Below are positions 39,985-40,116 of a stretch of 40,116 nt of DNA, in pieces (position 1 is the stretch's first letter; each line of letters opens with the position of its first letter). The notes beneath the pieces were generated by a model that saw nothing but the letters and a program-made list of their open reading frames with translations, was not told the origin of the DNA and did not search any database. The stretch lies in assembly GCA_011944185.1 (NCBI GenBank), contig GCA_011944185.1_3921.1; one strand, 5' to 3'. Source of the stretch: a phage. A program made the position numbers and the translations under genes.

Positions 39985-40116
39985 GGTGTTAATCTTTGCG
40001 AAGTGGGTTTTTACTTAAAAGGTTACTTAACAGTTTAACTATACAGATACTTTAAAACTCTTAAAAGATTGTTTAATAGCTTTTAAAAAGCTTTAAAGTA
40101 TAACGTATAGAATACG

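Noticed and set aside
39961-39990. + strand promoter from tandem TTGACA hexamers
   Set aside because: No acceptable -10 at 16-18 nt spacing on + and no + strand gene downstream in the window; the - strand TATAAT fits the polymerase gene better.

Overview
This window is a segment of an AT-rich tailed dsDNA phage genome with three modules. (1) 1-5.7 kb, + strand: a dense cluster of about 27 tRNA genes, folded by hand, interspersed with an HNH endonuclease gene, three small protein genes, recurring spacer motifs and terminator hairpins. (2) 5.9-29.8 kb, + strand: virion morphogenesis genes in order: large terminase, portal, S49-type prohead protease/scaffold, decoration protein, lambda gpE-like major capsid protein, head-tail joining proteins, tail sheath, tail tube, a chaperone pair joined by a -1 frameshift, tape measure, a Mu/P2-like baseplate set and two tail fibres carrying HxH repeats. 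(3) 29.8-39.9 kb, - strand: thymidylate synthase, DHFR, a run of small accessory genes (HTH regulator, signal-peptide protein, lipoprotein, Zn-ribbon proteins), ATP-dependent DNA ligase, an HNH-AP2 homing endonuclease and a family A DNA polymerase. No rRNA, CRISPR array, integrase or transposase was seen. The most unusual content is in the tRNA region (short-variable-arm tRNAs with Leu anticodons, a UAU-anticodon tRNA, non-canonical tRNA-like genes, scrambled tRNA fragments next to a 19-bp inverted repeat, conserved spacer modules) and in the small-gene accessory cluster on the - strand. All calls come from reading the sequence and the ORF track by eye; no database search or folding program was run, tRNA coordinates are +/- 2 nt, and protein functions are inferred from motifs and gene order.
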